From contig JBHGNT010000014.1 in NCBI GenBank assembly GCA_043228905.1, positions 10,850,001 to 10,914,000 on the forward strand: a stretch of DNA of 64,000 bases, written 5' to 3'. Of this stretch, positions 13,417 to 26,019 are shown in pieces. The notes below the pieces were generated by a model. The model searched no databases. It was not told where the DNA came from and was given only the letters and a program-made list of their open reading frames with translations. The translations under genes were made by a program, and so were the position numbers. How positions within the stretch are numbered: the stretch's first letter is position 1; each line of letters starts with the position of its first letter. The DNA comes from Azolla caroliniana (Eukaryota > Plantae > Polypodiophyta).

Positions 13417-14508
13417 TGTCGTGAAGATCCATGACTAGGTGTGGATCGCGAGGTGGAACCGCCGGGGTTCAGAACCGGAAGGATCCAAGTTCGCACCAAG
13501 CTTAGCGAGAAAGTATTTAGGATAGATTGAGATAGAGAGAAAGAGATTAAGATTAAACGCTTGACTTAGATTGAGAAAGATTGATATGGCCAAGAGAGAG
13601 ATATTGAGATTAAGATTTTAACTCTTGATTTAAGAAACAAGATATATCATCAATGAATTTTCTTCGCATTAATTTCTTAGTTCATACACGGATCCATAAT
13701 ACATTTTTATCCATCCTTTTATAGATGCCCCCATGCATATGATACATGTTTGCCATTTGGCGCTCATGTATTACATGTGGTGCATCATAACCATGTCACT
13801 CATTTTAGCTCTCATGCATAAGAATTTACATGTAAAAGTATGATGATAGAAATATAATTTCAACTAAATATCTTGGCTTAGTGGTAAGCCAATTGACTCC
13901 CAACTTGGAGGTACAAGGTCCGAATCCACACTTGCCCTCGTTGTATATGTATATATATATATTTATATATTTATTTATCTAGTCGCCGAATGCCGGTTAT
14001 CGGTGGCCGCCGCCTCGCTGGTTGTTGTCGGTTGTCGGATGCTGCCTTCGCCGGATTACCGGCTCTGCCGCCGGCTCGTTGAATGCCGATATCACCAGAT
14101 CACCGGTTACCGTCCAGTTCCATTTTGGTTGGCCAAAACCTTTACAAGTGGCTAGGCCACCTCCACTCTTAGTTCAAGTTACCTTGAACTCCCTATACTC
14201 CACACATAGACACAAAGATAATAACTTTTGCTCTACCTTATATATGGTGAGAGCCTTATTCGTCCTGTCTATGTGGGATATCTTACAATTTTCTCTTTTT
14301 CTTTCGCAACTTCTTACCCACATAAGTTGACACTTAGATGTACGTTTCTTATGTAGTAAAGTGCACCTCTTCAAGATCTTCGTCTTTTGTACTAAGATAT
14401 TAAACTTACTTAGATATAGTATATTCACTATTATTTTTTTATATGATTGACACTTGATTTCGTACGTTATATGTGATTTTCACACCATTGTCGAAAATCT
14501 TCACGGCA
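13417..14508 (-). repeat. 5' LTR of the gypsy element
   Basis: Direct repeat of 6751-7590; the tRNA-Trp PBS begins 8 nt after its end. Confidence 0.92.
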
Positions 14509-14865
14509 CTACTCCACTCTGGCCTCTTGTTGCGCACCGAGTTACGCACCGATCTAGGCAATGTTGCGCACCGATTTATGCACCGATTTACGCACCGATC
14601 TCAAGAATATACAAGTCCTTAAAAGAACTGACAGAAGTACTGACAAGTACTTTAATGCTCATACGAGTGACTGACATTGCCTCCCAAAAATATGCCTACG
14701 TACTAGACTGGATTCGTAGGGCTCTTACGGCTTACCGGTTACAATCCGATCCGGCTCTTGGTTCTGGATACCATCTAGACACTGATCCGGTTCTTCGTTC
14801 CGGACACCAATCTGGCTCTAGCTTGTTCAGCCGATCCGGATCCAGTTGAGCTTGTCTACTAAACA

Positions 14866-17800
14866 CTCCCCCACCAGCGCAACTTGAGGTTAGGTCGTAG
14901 TGTTTGTGTCTGTGGTAGCGGGTCCTCTCCTTCGGCTCCTCTTGGCGTCCTCCCACCGGGCTTGCGCTCCTTGTCAAGTCCATTTCTATTTCCTGCGACG
15001 CATTTGGTTCTGCACACCTCAACCTTGGCCTCTAGTCAATTCGGCTCCTTCGAATCAAACTCTTCGTCAGAATTGGTTGCCTTTGATTCGTTCTAGCTCT
15101 TGTCCGAATTGGTTATCTCCAATCCGTCTTTGATTCCCAGACCTTTCACACAATTGGCCCATGACCATGTCTCGATCTTTCCGGATTTACCCGCTTTCTC
15201 GGTTGGTTCTGGCTTCGGCTCTCCATTCTTGTGCCTCCTCCTATATCCGGTCTCTGCTTCTTTAGCAGAGCCATGCACTCCGAGTTCTTTAGTCAAGCCA
15301 AAGTCGAAATAGGTTTCCAACTCAAATTTTTGGTCGTTTTTCTCATTCCTCCCTCTCAAGTTCGGCATGTCGAGGTATTGCACACCCAATACACCGGAAA
15401 ATTTCCACAACTTGTCTAGGCTGTGGGGTTTGGTGAAGATATCGGCAACCTGCTGATACGTCGGAACATGCAGGAGTTCCACTTCACTGGACAAAACACA
15501 CTCTTAGACAAAATGGTAGTGCACCTCAATGTGTTTTGTCAGGGCATGAAAGACAAGGTTCTTAGCCAACTAGATGTTGTTGACGTTGTCACAGTAGATC
15601 ACAACGGGATTGGACACCTCCACACGCAGATCCATGAGTACCCTTTTTAGCCATATGGCGTCGCATGTTGCGACAAACGCTCCTCGGTACACGACCTCAG
15701 TGCTCAATAATGCCACTCTCAACTGCTTCTTGCTTCTCCCGGTGACCACGACGCTTCCAAATGAAAACGCATATCCAGATGTAGACCTGCGGTCGCCAGC
15801 ATTTCCGGCCCAATTGGCATTCGTATAGCCGACAAGTTGTTCGGTTACGCTAGCCCAATATAGCAACCCTCGGTCCTTACTACCGCTAACATACCTGAGT
15901 ATTCACTATGCGCACTGAAGGTGCTCCACAGTCGGATGCACCATAAATTTACTGATCAATCCGACCGGATAGCTGAGGTCTGTTCGGGTGATGGTCAAAT
16001 ATTTAAGGCTTCCAACTATTTTTTGGAACCTTTTCGGGTCGCATGCTATTCCAGAGTCGGAGCGAAGCTTCACATTCTGTCCAAAGGAGTCAAGAAGGAT
16101 TTTCATTCCGTCATACCGAATTTAAAGAGCATACTCAACATATAGTATCGTTGACAGATCAGTATGCCTTCCGAGGTGTGGATCACTTCGATCCTGAGGA
16201 AGTAATGAAGGTACCCAAGATCCTTCATGTCAAAGAATGTCGTGACATTGGACTTGACGTGGTCAATTTCATCTAGGTCGGCGTCGACGATGACTAAATC
16301 ATCAATGTAAAGTAAAATACTAATTGGCCTGTTCCGACCTTGCCGAATGAAGAGTGACTAATTCGACTTTGACGCATCAAACACCATCTAACGCAATTGT
16401 TGCGTGATCTTTGCTTTCCAAGCACACGGGGCTAGTCCGTCAAGGCACTTCTTCATTCCAGACTGAAATCTAGGGGGCTAAACCATAAAAAACCATGTTA
16501 CTCAAGATCTGATGTAGATGCCACCCCGTTGCCGCTGCCACCATAAGCAAGACACGTATGGTTGTCATCTTCACGACCGGCACAAACGTCTCATCATAGT
16601 CGATGCCATGCTGCTGCACGTAGCCTTGGGCCACTAATCGGGCCTTTTACCTATTGATGGAGCTGTCGATGTTGTATTTCACCTTATATACCCATCTGCA
16701 ACCAATTGTCTTCAGTCCTTTTGGTACGTCTACCAAATCCCACATCTCATTTTCCATGAGTGCATGCATCTCTTCCTCCATGGCCTTCTGCCAGTTCGGA
16801 TCCTTAACCGTTTCAACGTAGCTCTTCGGCTCACGCACAACTGCCAACTCTGCCATGTACGCATAATGATGCGCCATATACTCATTGTACCTATACCTCT
16901 TCACAGGGTTTTTCTAGCAGGTGGATCGGTGCAATTCTTGTGTCACCGATTTCGTGGCCTTCTCAGTTGACTTGGAACTCTTCCTCAAAGGTTCGTTTTC
17001 GGTTCTGTTGAAGTCGGATTCGCTCTGATCCGACTAAGCTCGGCTGGTGTCAAACTCCAACATCTTCTTCTTCCCTTTCTCTTTGCACGTGAACCATCTC
17101 CTTAGTTCCTTGTGCAGGGAACGCACAACTGAGTCTCCACTACTCACTGGCTCTTCATCTAATTGTCGTTCCGACTCAGTCGCTTGGTCAACCCTCTCAG
17201 CCGAAATGAAATCGGACTCTCATCTAGAGTACCAAGGTGTTCTTCTTCTTTTGCCCCGGATTGTGTCTGGTTCACTAGCCTCATCTTCCGGAATTGGGTG
17301 GAGTCAGAGGTTGGAGTCGGTAGAGAGTACCAAGATGCCGACTCATCAAATTTGACATCTCGACTTGCTCATACTTGCTTGGTCCGGGGGTTGTAGCACT
17401 TATACCCCTTCTATTCATGTGAGTGGCCGACCAAAATGTAGTTCTCCAACTTCGGGTCTAGCTTTCTCCGCTTCTCATCCGACACATGCACATACGCAAT
17501 GCTACCGAATATCTTAAGGTGCCTTAAATTTGGTTTCTACCCGAAATACAGCTCATGTGCTAACACCTTATCCCCAATCCGGTTTTGGATGTAGACGGCC
17601 ACCCGGACTACTTCGGCTCAGTAGAAGTTCGGCATGCTCTTCTCCTACAACATTTCCCGTGCCGCCTCCACAATTGACCGGTTCTTCCTTTCGGCCACAC
17701 CGTTTTGTTCCGGTGTGCATTGGCAACTGAATTCCCTCGGAATTCCTTTCTGCTGTAGATAATTGTTGAATTGGCTGGAAAAGTATTCTTTTCCGCCATC

Positions 17801-18187
17801 CGACCGCAGGCACTTGATCTTCCTCTCCGTTTCCTGTTCGACAAGACTTTGTAGGTTCCGGAAACACTGGAAGACTTCTCTTTTCTTCTCTGTGAGATAG
17901 ATCCATGTGTGCCAGTTGTCGTTGTTGATGAAGGAGACGAAATATCAACTCCTCCTAAGATTAATGTTCTATGTCGGTCCCCATACATCTAAATGTATTA
18001 GACCGAGCTTGTTACGACTCTGGTTTCTTTCAGTGGGGAATGGAAGCCGGTGCTACTTCCCAAATTGGCAAGCTTCACACATTTGGGCCTTCCGGAAACT
18101 AAATTTTGGCAATCCAAAAAAAACTTGTTTCGATTGCAGATCTTGAAGCCTCTGTAGTTGACGTGGCCGATCTGCTTGTGCCAGAGA
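14866..18187 (-). mobile_element. Bryco-like copia internal region (INT-RT-RNase H to PPT), cut at 18188 by another copia
   Basis: RH 15570-15866 (GYTNANWAG...YCDN) and 15093-15494 (QVADIFTK); RT 16647-16904 (CRWVYKVK); INT ~17350-18000; PPT next to the LTR. Confidence 0.85.
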
Positions 18188-18926
18188 TGTTGGGAATTCA
18201 GTCCCTCCGGATGAGAACTAGAGGAGCCGGATGAAGGGGCCAAATCCGGAAGGCTTCCGGATGCGACGCAAAAACCGGATTGAGTGAATCCGGATGGATT
18301 CGGTGCAAACCAGATCCAAGAACATATGTGTAAATATGTTTCATAGTGAGCCCATCGAGGCTATATTTGTAAATAGCCCTAAAATCATATAAGTATAAAT
18401 ATGACTTAGGGCAATCACTTTATGTGCAATGAGAGTTGTTGATAGAGTGTGTACACAGTGAGAAAGAGAGAGAGAGACACACACACACACACAGATAGAT
18501 TCCTATTGTAACTACTGGTTGGCGAAGACATAGAGCTCGAGGCCATTGCCTCTAAGTCTCACATTTAATTCCTCCCATTTAGGGTTTCCACGTAAACATC
18601 ATGTGTCATCTCTGTATTAGTTTGTTTTCTTCCATTCCTTGTTTAAGACTCGATTGTGGCCGAGCGTTATTTTTCGCACAAACTGGTATCAGAGCGAACA
18701 AAGGAAAAATGGAAGAATCGTTCGGCGGCATGTTCATGCTCACCGGCTCCAACTACCTAGTGTGGAAGTTGAAGATGAGGGACATGCTTGTGGTCAAAGA
18801 TCTCTGGCTACCGGTGTCGTAGTGTATTTCGTACACTACGTGAAAAAGTAAAAATAATATAACCGATTTAATTACATATAAATAAAAAAAATAATATATC
18901 AAGATATTTATCACGTGCATAGGGCA

Positions 18927-18980
18927 AGATTCGAACCTTGTACCTCCACGTAGCCAAACTTCAACTTCACCATTATGCTA
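18927..18980 (-). promoter_or_regulatory. Pol III A box and B box in LTR U3, antisense to the element (second copy at ~21736-21789)
   Basis: Minus strand TAGCATAATGG (18980-18970) and GGTTCGAATCT (18937-18927), then a T-run terminator candidate at ~18885-18891. Confidence 0.68.
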
Positions 18981-19574
18981 CCTTATCTTTAGTGTTCTAT
19001 AAATAGATTTAATAACTATAAGTGCTTTATTTGCGCCTACCTTTATTAAAAGGCAAATCATGTATTTTTAGAGTGCGTGAATATTTTATAGAAAAACGCA
19101 AGCGACTAAAAAATGACTCATGCACATCTAGCGTGCATGAGCACTATATTTAGCAAATAAAAGCAAGGATTAAAAAAGCATGTAGTTATGCTTAGTCTCT
19201 CCCATCACTACATAAGGATGGGGAGCACAATGTAATAGGTGTGTGAAATATTTGGAAATTGGATATATTTCCGAAAACACCAACCAATTAATATAATCGT
19301 GGGATTCACGAAAATAATATAATTATACTTGTGGGATTCACAAGTTTCTTATATCTTTCTTTCAATCTAAATACATATTCTTATCTAAATATTGATTAAT
19401 CGAATACAATACACTCGTGGGATTCACGAGATTTCTATCTCTCTTTCTAATAATCTATTTATTACTAGCCTCATCTCATATTCTTCTTTCTCCTAGTCCA
19501 AAACCTCGGCGGTTCCCACCCGACTCACGCAACGATTCGGAGCCGAAAGGCACGACACAGTTGGTGAACCCGAC

Positions 19575-21167
19575 GTGAAGGCGGGTGGCAAGGAGATGGA
19601 GAATCAACAAGAGGCAATGAGCATAACGATGATGATGATGTTCGAGCGGATGCTACAAGAACAACGAGTGATGTCGGAGATCACGGGGGCAGTAAAGCGG
19701 CTCGTACAACGAAACGGACAATTCAACGGAAACGATGTGTCACGCTATCTACATGACTACAAGGCAGAGATGATACGATGTGGGATACCAGAAGGATTGC
19801 AAGTGACATCCTTCAATCGGGTGGCCACGGATGAGCTACAAGAGAGAATCCACAAGATACGGCAACAAAACTCGACATGGGGGTCATTCGAAGAAGCTTT
19901 ACGAGAGGCATATGACTACGAGAGATCGAAGGGACGAGATCGACGCAAGTTTGACGAATGGGTGGCATCGGAGAAGACCCACCGAAGTGCAACACAAGCA
20001 TTCCTAGAGTTCGAGAATCGTTTTGCTCGACTCTCGGAGCGGGAACAACAGTTGGTGGGGGAGGATAAAGTCCTAATGTTCGTAAAATCGATCGATCGAA
20101 AAGAAAGGATGGACATTGGGATCGAACTCGAAGACGATGACGGTACGAATGGTCTTACCAAAAATTGGGCTGAAGTCCAAAGGGTATGCCGGAGACATGA
20201 TGAGAGGAAGATGAGAATCTTGTCAACGACATGGCCGATGAAGGATGGTCGATTGAAGACAAACGATGGAGCTGATATGAAGGCCGAAATACAACATGAT
20301 GGTGCGACGGAAGAGGGTGTAAAACAAGCTACCCTCTTGTCTTGCGAAAGAACGATGGCGAAGGATAAGGCCGATAACCCAAGTGTAGAAGAAGATTTCA
20401 GAATACAAGTGTCCGAAACATCGGGTGAAAAAGGGGTAAGCATAATTGATGTTTGCATAATTGATGCAGTGAAAGAGAGCAAGGAGGACTTGATTGAGGA
20501 GGTCGCCACGAAAGATGACATCGAATTGAAGGTGGCTATGGACGAATCAACGACGGATGGCCATATCGAGACTTCCCCACCACTGATTCTAGAGACTCCG
20601 GCGGTTGCGTTCGAAAGGCAACGTGAGACCGAAGAGACGGAAGGTGGCGGAGAGAAAACAAAGGTCGAAGTCGATGCATACGACGGAGAGATAGCCGAGA
20701 ATATGGCTATGGGTGAAACAATGGAGGATGATAATACCGAGGATTCCTACCCACTAATTCTAGAGACTTCGGCAGTTGTGTCCGAGAACCAACGTGAGAC
20801 CGGAGAGACGGGAGGTGGCGGCAAGAAAGGTAAAGTCGGAAGCCAATTAGGATGGAAGGTGATCCGGACGGGATTCCGATCCGAAAGAAAGCCGAACCGG
20901 GTAAAAGAGGATTCGACCGAAAGTCGACCCGAAAGAAAGCCGAACCGAAAGGAAGAGAATTCGGCCGAAAGACGACACAAACGAAAGCTGAATCGGGCGA
21001 ATGAGGATTCGGCCGAAAGACGACCCGAAAGAAAGCCGACCCGAAAAGGGGTCGACTTGGTCAAAACCGATCGACCGAGTCTGACTTGGCCGAACGCGAA
21101 TATGGATGGAAGCCGACCTAGCCGAAAGCCGATCGGACGAAACCGATCCGAAAAGAAGCTAATCTGA
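19575..21167 (+). CDS. gag: Gag-like protein (530 aa) with acidic duplicated middle and basic repeat tail
   Basis: Open frame; N-terminal ~210 aa (QFNGNDVSRYL, SFNRVA, LEDDDGTNGL) homologous to the gag at 12672-13259; no CCHC knuckle; the frame continues past the TGA into ORF 21180-21671. Confidence 0.75.
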   Translation: MKAGGKEMENQQEAMSITMMMMFERMLQEQRVMSEITGAVKRLVQRNGQFNGNDVSRYLHDYKAEMIRCGIPEGLQVTSFNRVATDELQERIHKIRQQNSTWGSFEEALREAYDYERSKGRDRRKFDEWVASEKTHRSATQAFLEFENRFARLSEREQQLVGEDKVLMFVKSIDRKERMDIGIELEDDDGTNGLTKNWAEVQRVCRRHDERKMRILSTTWPMKDGRLKTNDGADMKAEIQHDGATEEGVKQATLLSCERTMAKDKADNPSVEEDFRIQVSETSGEKGVSIIDVCIIDAVKESKEDLIEEVATKDDIELKVAMDESTTDGHIETSPPLILETPAVAFERQRETEETEGGGEKTKVEVDAYDGEIAENMAMGETMEDDNTEDSYPLILETSAVVSENQRETGETGGGGKKGKVGSQLGWKVIRTGFRSERKPNRVKEDSTESRPERKPNRKEENSAERRHKRKLNRANEDSAERRPERKPTRKGVDLVKTDRPSLTWPNANMDGSRPSRKPIGRNRSEKKLI

Positions 21168-24100
21168 CTCAATCGGAGGTTGGACCGGTCGAGGCTGGTG
21201 AAAACGAGGAAAAGAAAGCCAACCGAAACCGAAACCGATAGATCGAAACCGGGCCGGAAGGAGACCGACTCAATCGAAACCGAACAACCGATTCCGATTC
21301 GGCCGAATACGAATCCGATCGAAAGCCGATCAAACCGAAAGTCGATCGGACGAGAGCGATCCGGAAAAAAGTCAAGGTTGATGAAGACAAGAAAGAGGCC
21401 AGTAAAAGACACTACCACGAATGACAAGGGCCAAGAATATGACGAGAGAGAACAAAGAATATGGTGGATCGAATGGCGACAATGGTTCGGGTGGAAAGAA
21501 TGGGTCTACTCAAAATGGAGAGACAAAGTTGACATAGCGGGACAAACGGAGGATGAAGGGGAGACAACGAGCATCGGCAACTTCGGCACATACCGGAGGA
21601 TGTGCGGGTTCGGAGGGGGCGAGTGTCGTAGTGTATTTCGTACACTACGTGAAAAAGTAAAAATAATATAACCGATTTAATTACATATAAATAAATAAAA
21701 TAATATATCAAGATATTTATCACGTGCATAGGGCAAGATTCGAACCTTGTACCTCCACATAGCCAAACTTCAACTTCACCATTATGCTACCTTATCTTTA
21801 GTGTTCTATAAATAGATTTAATAACTATAAGTGCTTTATTTGCGCCTACCTTTATTAAAAGGTAAATCATGTATTTTTAGAGTGCGTGAATATTTTATAG
21901 AAAAACGCAAGCGACTAAAAAGTGACTCATGCACATCTAGCGTGCATGAGCACTATATTTAGCAAATAAAAGCAAGGATTAAAAAAGCATGTAGTTATGC
22001 TTAGTCTCTCCCATCACTACATAAGGATGGGGAGCACAATGTAATAGGTGTGTGAAATATTTGGAAATTGGATATATTTCCGAAAACACCAACCAATTAA
22101 TATAATCGTGGGATTCACGAAAATAATATAATTATACTTGTGGGATTCACAAGTTTCTTATATCTTTCTTTCAATCTAAATACATATTCTTATCTAAATA
22201 TTGATTAATCGAATACAATACACTCGTGGGATTCACGAGATTTCTATCTCTCTTTCTAATAATCTATTTATTACTAGCCTCATCTCATATTCTTCTTTCT
22301 CCTAGTCCAAAACCTCGGCGGTTCCCACCCGACTCACGCAACGATCCGGAGCCGAAAGGCACGACACCGGTACAGTTCAGGTACAATAAACCAGATAAGA
22401 TCGATGTCGCGACATGGGAGGTGATGCACATAAAGACAATGGCGTACATCCGGTGCTTCATCAACATGAGCATGTATAACAACTTAAATGTGCTCATATG
22501 CTCAGGGAGAAAATTAGCACCATGTTGGGGTGTAAAAACACCGTAAATTGGGTTTCGATATTCCGGAAATTAGTGAGACTCCAGTATCAAGATGGATCCA
22601 ATATGGCGGAGCACATGAACCCAATTCAGGGGCTCATAAATCAAACAACTTTGCTCGAAGTACCTCTAGTCGATGAGATACTTTGCATTGCTCCTCTGCT
22701 CGGTTCCCTCCCATATAGTCTGACACGTTGCTGCTGAAAGAAGTCTGACTGGATGCAAATTGCTACTGAAAGAAGTCTGACACATTCCGGAGGTTCGGTT
22801 GAACCTGATATCATCCGGTGGGCTAGATGATGAAGACTACGCGAGTAGCATCTGGAACGGAGTCATGAAATTCAGCAATGCAAGCCTGATTGTGGCTCGA
22901 GCCCGGAAGATCAACATGCTATATCTGATGCATGCCCGGATATGCCGGGAAGAACTGAATGTAGCATCCGACACTATCGGTGAGCTGTGGCACAAGAGAC
23001 TGTGTCATATGAGCCAGAAGGGGATGAGAAGACTTGCCGAAGACAACCTCATTCCGGAGGTGAAAGACGTGCATCTTGATAAGTACACCGATTGTTGGGC
23101 TAGTAAGCAAAACCGAACCTCCTTCTGGTCAAGATCACCAATGAGACGGAATGCACCACTAGAGCTAGTGCATACTGATGTCTGTTAAGTAGACACGAAG
23201 TCACATACCGGATCGCAGTAATTCGTGACGTTCATAGATGACCACAGCCGGAAGTTGTGGGTCTCACCGCTGAAGACGAAGGATCAGGTGTTGTCTGTCT
23301 TCAAGGAGCTCCACGCGTGAGTGGAAAGAGAAACCGGATGGAAGCTGAAAGCGGTTCAAGCATATAATGGAGGAGAGTACTATGGGCAGTTCGAAGAGTA
23401 CTACCGATCGAAGGGAATCCAGCTCGAATTCACCGTGCTGAAGATGCCAGAACTAAACAAGCTAGCCGAATGGATGAACCGGACTGTGATGTAGAGAGTT
23501 CGGAGCATGCTAGCACATGCAAAGCTACCCAAGACATTTTGGGTTGAAGCACTGATTACGGAGACGTATGTGATAAACAGATCACCCTTGGATGGAGAAA
23601 CACCACAGACAGTATGGACTGGTGGAGACGTGTCTTACCAGTATCTGAAGGTGTTTGGTTGTCTCGCATATGTGCATGTCGCAAAGGACAAGAGAGCAAA
23701 CTTGGATCCGAAGACCCAACCATGCATATTTCTTGGATACGACGATGATGAGTTCTGTTACCGGGTGTGGGATCTGGTTGAAAAGAAGGTGTTCCGGAGT
23801 CAGGACATTGTCTTCATGGAAGACAGGACCATTGGTGACTGGGAGTTGGAGAAGAAGGTGAAGAACTCCGGATCATCCAATGAAAACCGGTTTGAGGACA
23901 CAAGAACCTACCTAGTGGAAAACCAAAAGTTAGCCGGTAACAGATTAACACTCGATGAACGGGCCGGATTCGGACAAGAAACCCAACCAACCGAAGAAGA
24001 AGAAAAAGGAGACACCGGAACTAGACAAGACCCTGAATCAGATTTGGATGAAGAACAAACGGAGGAACCGGTAGTTGAAGAACAAAGGCGGAGATACCCT

Positions 24101-24438
24101 CTCAGGGAGGGAAGAGCCCCTCGAAGATTTCTGGATGCAGAGCATGTATTGCTGACCGATGAGGGGGAGCCTGAAAGCTTCGAAGAAGCAAAGAAAAACA
24201 CCCACAACTGCAAGTGGTTGAGTGCCATGCAGGACGAGATGGATTGCCTACATGAGAAGCACACATACGAACTGACAGAGTTGCCGAAAGGAAAGAGGGA
24301 ACTCTGGAACAAGTGGGTGTACAAGCTGAAACAAGGAGACGCCGGAAATCCACCAAGGAACAAAGCCCGGATCGTCGTGAATGGGTTGTAGTAGAAGAAA
24401 GAAGTGTTAGGAAACAGGTCCCTCCGGATGGGAAGTGA

Positions 24439-24540
24439 GAAGACCCGGTGAGAACCGGATGTGGAGTACCCGGCAACGAAAGACCCGGTGAGAATCGGAT
24501 GAGGAGTACCCGGCAACGGAAGACCCGGTGAGAATCAGAT
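24439..24540 (+). repeat. Roughly 39-bp tandem repeats in LTR U3 (also ~30772-30870 and inverted at ~27240-27350)
   Basis: aagacccggtgagaa(c/t)cggatg..gagtacccggcaacg repeated about 2.5 times. Confidence 0.8.
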
Positions 24541-24749
24541 GGCATGTGCCCCGCAAGCGCCGGATGATGCAAGCCCGGTGAGGACTGCTCACCGGATGAA
24601 GGGACATATTCGTAAATATGTTTTTGAGAGTCTATCGGGGCTATATTTGTAAATAGCCGAAAAGTCATATTAGTATAAATATGACTTAGGGCAAACTTAG
24701 TAATAAGTAATTGTCATTCTTGTAGGTGCACGATTAGAGCGCAACAGTG

Positions 24750-24751
<2 letters not shown>

Positions 24752-24800
<49 letters not shown>
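24752..24800 (+). repeat. (GA)n microsatellite in the LTR (sister copy ~31087-31139)
   Basis: Visible dinucleotide run. Confidence 0.95.
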
Positions 24801-24807
<7 letters not shown>

Positions 24808-26019
24808 CGAAGAGTTTGTATCTCTGTTGTAACCGCCGCCTGTGGCGAAGACAATGAACAAGAGGTCGTTGCCTCTGTGTTCATCTATTGTATATTGTCA
24901 CATAGTGATAGTTAGCAGTTAGTGGACTGTCGTGGTTTTTCCCATGTTTGGGTTTTCCACGTAAACATCCTGTGTACCCTTCTCTCCAATTTGTCGTGTA
25001 TTCATTCCCGTTTTCTGTGTTTGATTCTAAGCTTGGTTGTGGCCGAGCGTTGTTCAATGGGAGCGTGACAAAGTGGTATCAGAGCGAAACGACACAGAAA
25101 ATGGACGAATCGCTGGGAGGCATGTTCAAGCTCACTGGCTCCAACTATTCAGTGTCGAAGTCGAAGATGAGGGACATGCTCGTGGTTAAAGATCTATTAG
25201 TGCCGGTTCAGTTTGGGGACAAGAGACTGGTTCAGTTCGGGGAGGCCTACCTGCTTCTATTGCGGCAAGCCGGCACACTTCCAGAAAAACTATCGGCACT
25301 TCCGAAAGGACAAGGAAACCGACGGCACCGATTCAAAGCGGACACCGGACCGAAACGGTAAAGACCGGAGGCGGCCGGACCGGAAGGGAACGACGGCAAT
25401 CGCGGCAAGTGAAGAAGAGTTGATGCTCATCACCGAGGAGAGTGAGCTAAACCTTGCCAGCGACGAGATGACTTGGGTGGTCGACTCCAGAGCATCGTTC
25501 CACCTTACCCCGGACCAGAAATACTTCTCATCGTACTGAACCGGTGATCATGGCTATGTCCGGATGGGGAATGAAGGTACATGCCGAATTGTCGGCATAG
25601 GAGACATGTGGTTGACAACGCCAACCGGATGCAAGCTATTGCTGAAGGATGTCCGACATGTTCTGGAGGTTCGTCTGAACCTGATATCAGCCAGTCGGCT
25701 AGATGATGAAGGCTACACGGGTCGGAACAGTGTTATGAAGTTCAACAAAGGGAGCCTGATTGTGGCTCGGGCCCGGAAGGTCAACACGTTGTACCTGATG
25801 AATGCCTGGTTATGCCCGGGAGAAGTGAACGTGGCATCCGACAATGCCAGTGAATTGTGGAAGAAGAGGTTGTGTCACGTGAGCGAGAAGGGGATGAAGA
25901 GGCTTGCAGATGAGAACCTCATTCCAGTGAAGAACGTGCACTTGGAGAAGTGCACTGATTGTCTGGCCGGTAAACAAAACCGGACCACCTTCCGATCGAG
26001 GCCACAGATGAGACGTAAT

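Larger units (their letters stand above)
6751..14508 (-). mobile_element. Full-length decayed Ty3/gypsy element, non-chromovirus (Phygy-like), tRNA-Trp primed
   Basis: LTRs 6751-7590 and 13417-14508 with TIR tgtcgtgaag/cttcacg(a/g)ca; PBS tggtgaacccgatgtga (13392-13408, minus); PPT 7591-7602; domain order gag-PR-RT-RH-INT; possible decayed 4-bp TSD ccgc/ctac. Confidence 0.92.
6446..14865 (-). repeat. Copia LTR (6446-6750 plus 14509-14865) split by the gypsy insertion; PBS on its left, PPT on its right
   Basis: Starts tgttacg, ends taaaca; followed by ctccccc (minus-strand PPT) at 14866; right part resembles the LTRs at 39370 and 44407 (gatccgg..ttgagcttg). Confidence 0.75.
18815..22366 (+). 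mobile_element. Young non-autonomous gag-only LTR element of the tRNA-Trp gypsy group
   Basis: 743-bp LTRs 18815-19557 and 21624-22366 (about five mismatches by eye); PBS tggtgaacccgacgtga 19562-19578; PPT ggagggggcgag; 4-bp TSD CCGG; no pol. Confidence 0.93.

Noticed and set aside
20747-21427. Hydrophobic 226-aa antisense ORF as an env-like gene
   Set aside because: Shadow of the purine-rich repetitive sense frame; the same applies to 19916-20521 and 60594-61151.
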